Source of the DNA: the human T2T-CHM13v2.0 reference genome, Homo sapiens
Assembly (NCBI RefSeq): GCF_009914755.1
Contig: NC_060941.1
DNA: 64,000 bases
Strand: one strand, 5' to 3'
The notes below the pieces were generated by a model that saw only the letters and a list, made by a program, of their open reading frames with translations, did no database searches and was not told the origin of the DNA. Below are positions 63,465-64,000 of this stretch, in pieces. Each line of letters starts with the position of its first letter. Positions within the stretch are counted from its first letter, which is position 1. Made by a program: the position numbers and the translations under genes.

Positions 63465-64000
63465 GAGTGTGATATCCTTATTGCTGACTTTCAAATATTT
63501 TCTGCTATCCCTCTGGACACATGGGATATTTGTGTACTTCCTCACCACCTGGAACTTAGGTGTGGTCATGTGACTTACTTTAGTCAATGCAATGTGAGCG
63601 GAAGTGATACATGTCTCTTCTGGGCAGGTGATTGAAGACTCATGCACACAGGAAGCTGAGGCAGGAGGATTGCCTGAGTCCAGGAGTTCGAGGCTGCAAT
63701 GAGTTATGATCTTGCACCACTGCACTCCAGCCTGGGTGACAGAGAGTGAGCATGCCTCTAAAAAAATAAAAAATAGAAAGACTCAATGCACAATTCATAA
63801 CACTCTTATTTTATTTTATTATTAATTAATTAATTAATTAATTAATTTTTTACTTCTGCCAAGGCAACCAGCAGCATTCCAGGTGGTGGTGGTTCTGTCA
63901 ACTGAATTTCAGACTAAAGGCAACACAGGGCAGAGTCCACCCCTAATAGACATGTAGCAAATGTGAGGAATAAATCTTATTGTTTTAAACTATAAAGATA
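63465..64000 (+). mobile_element. Old MLT1 LTR containing a 5'-truncated AluJ arm (63648-63775) and (ATTA)n
   Basis: 'gtggtcatgtgacttactttagtcaatgcaatgtgagcggaagtga'; 'gaataaatcttattgttttaaac'; Alu TSD aagactca(a)tgcaca. Confidence 0.75.

Overview
This is primate (human-like) non-coding genomic DNA, either intergenic or deep intronic; I could not identify the locus. I see no credible protein-coding gene, structural RNA gene, CRISPR array or CpG island. About 40 Alu copies or fragments cover roughly a sixth of the window. The rest includes L1, L2 and MIR remnants, about 20 solo LTRs (THE1/MST/MLT1, LTR12, MER4, MER34-like, LTR16, LTR33, LTR40) and hAT-Charlie DNA transposons (MER5, MER20, MER58, MER3), often nested. 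Repeat family names come from recalled consensus motifs, not a database search, and boundaries of old repeats are approximate. The most interesting signal is a set of five patches that look like locally templated insertions or fold-back filler DNA, i.e. candidate fossil double-strand-break repair scars: 21606-21726, 23772-23908, 50238-50390, 56558-56646 and 60570-60675. There are also repeat-free islands with transcription-factor motif clusters (candidate enhancers), one well-formed 126-nt minus-strand candidate exon, an LTR12 solo promoter, an AluYd-lineage copy in a near-adjacent inverted Alu pair, and a tailless Alu flanked by direct repeats. I found no support for a new multi-gene biological system.
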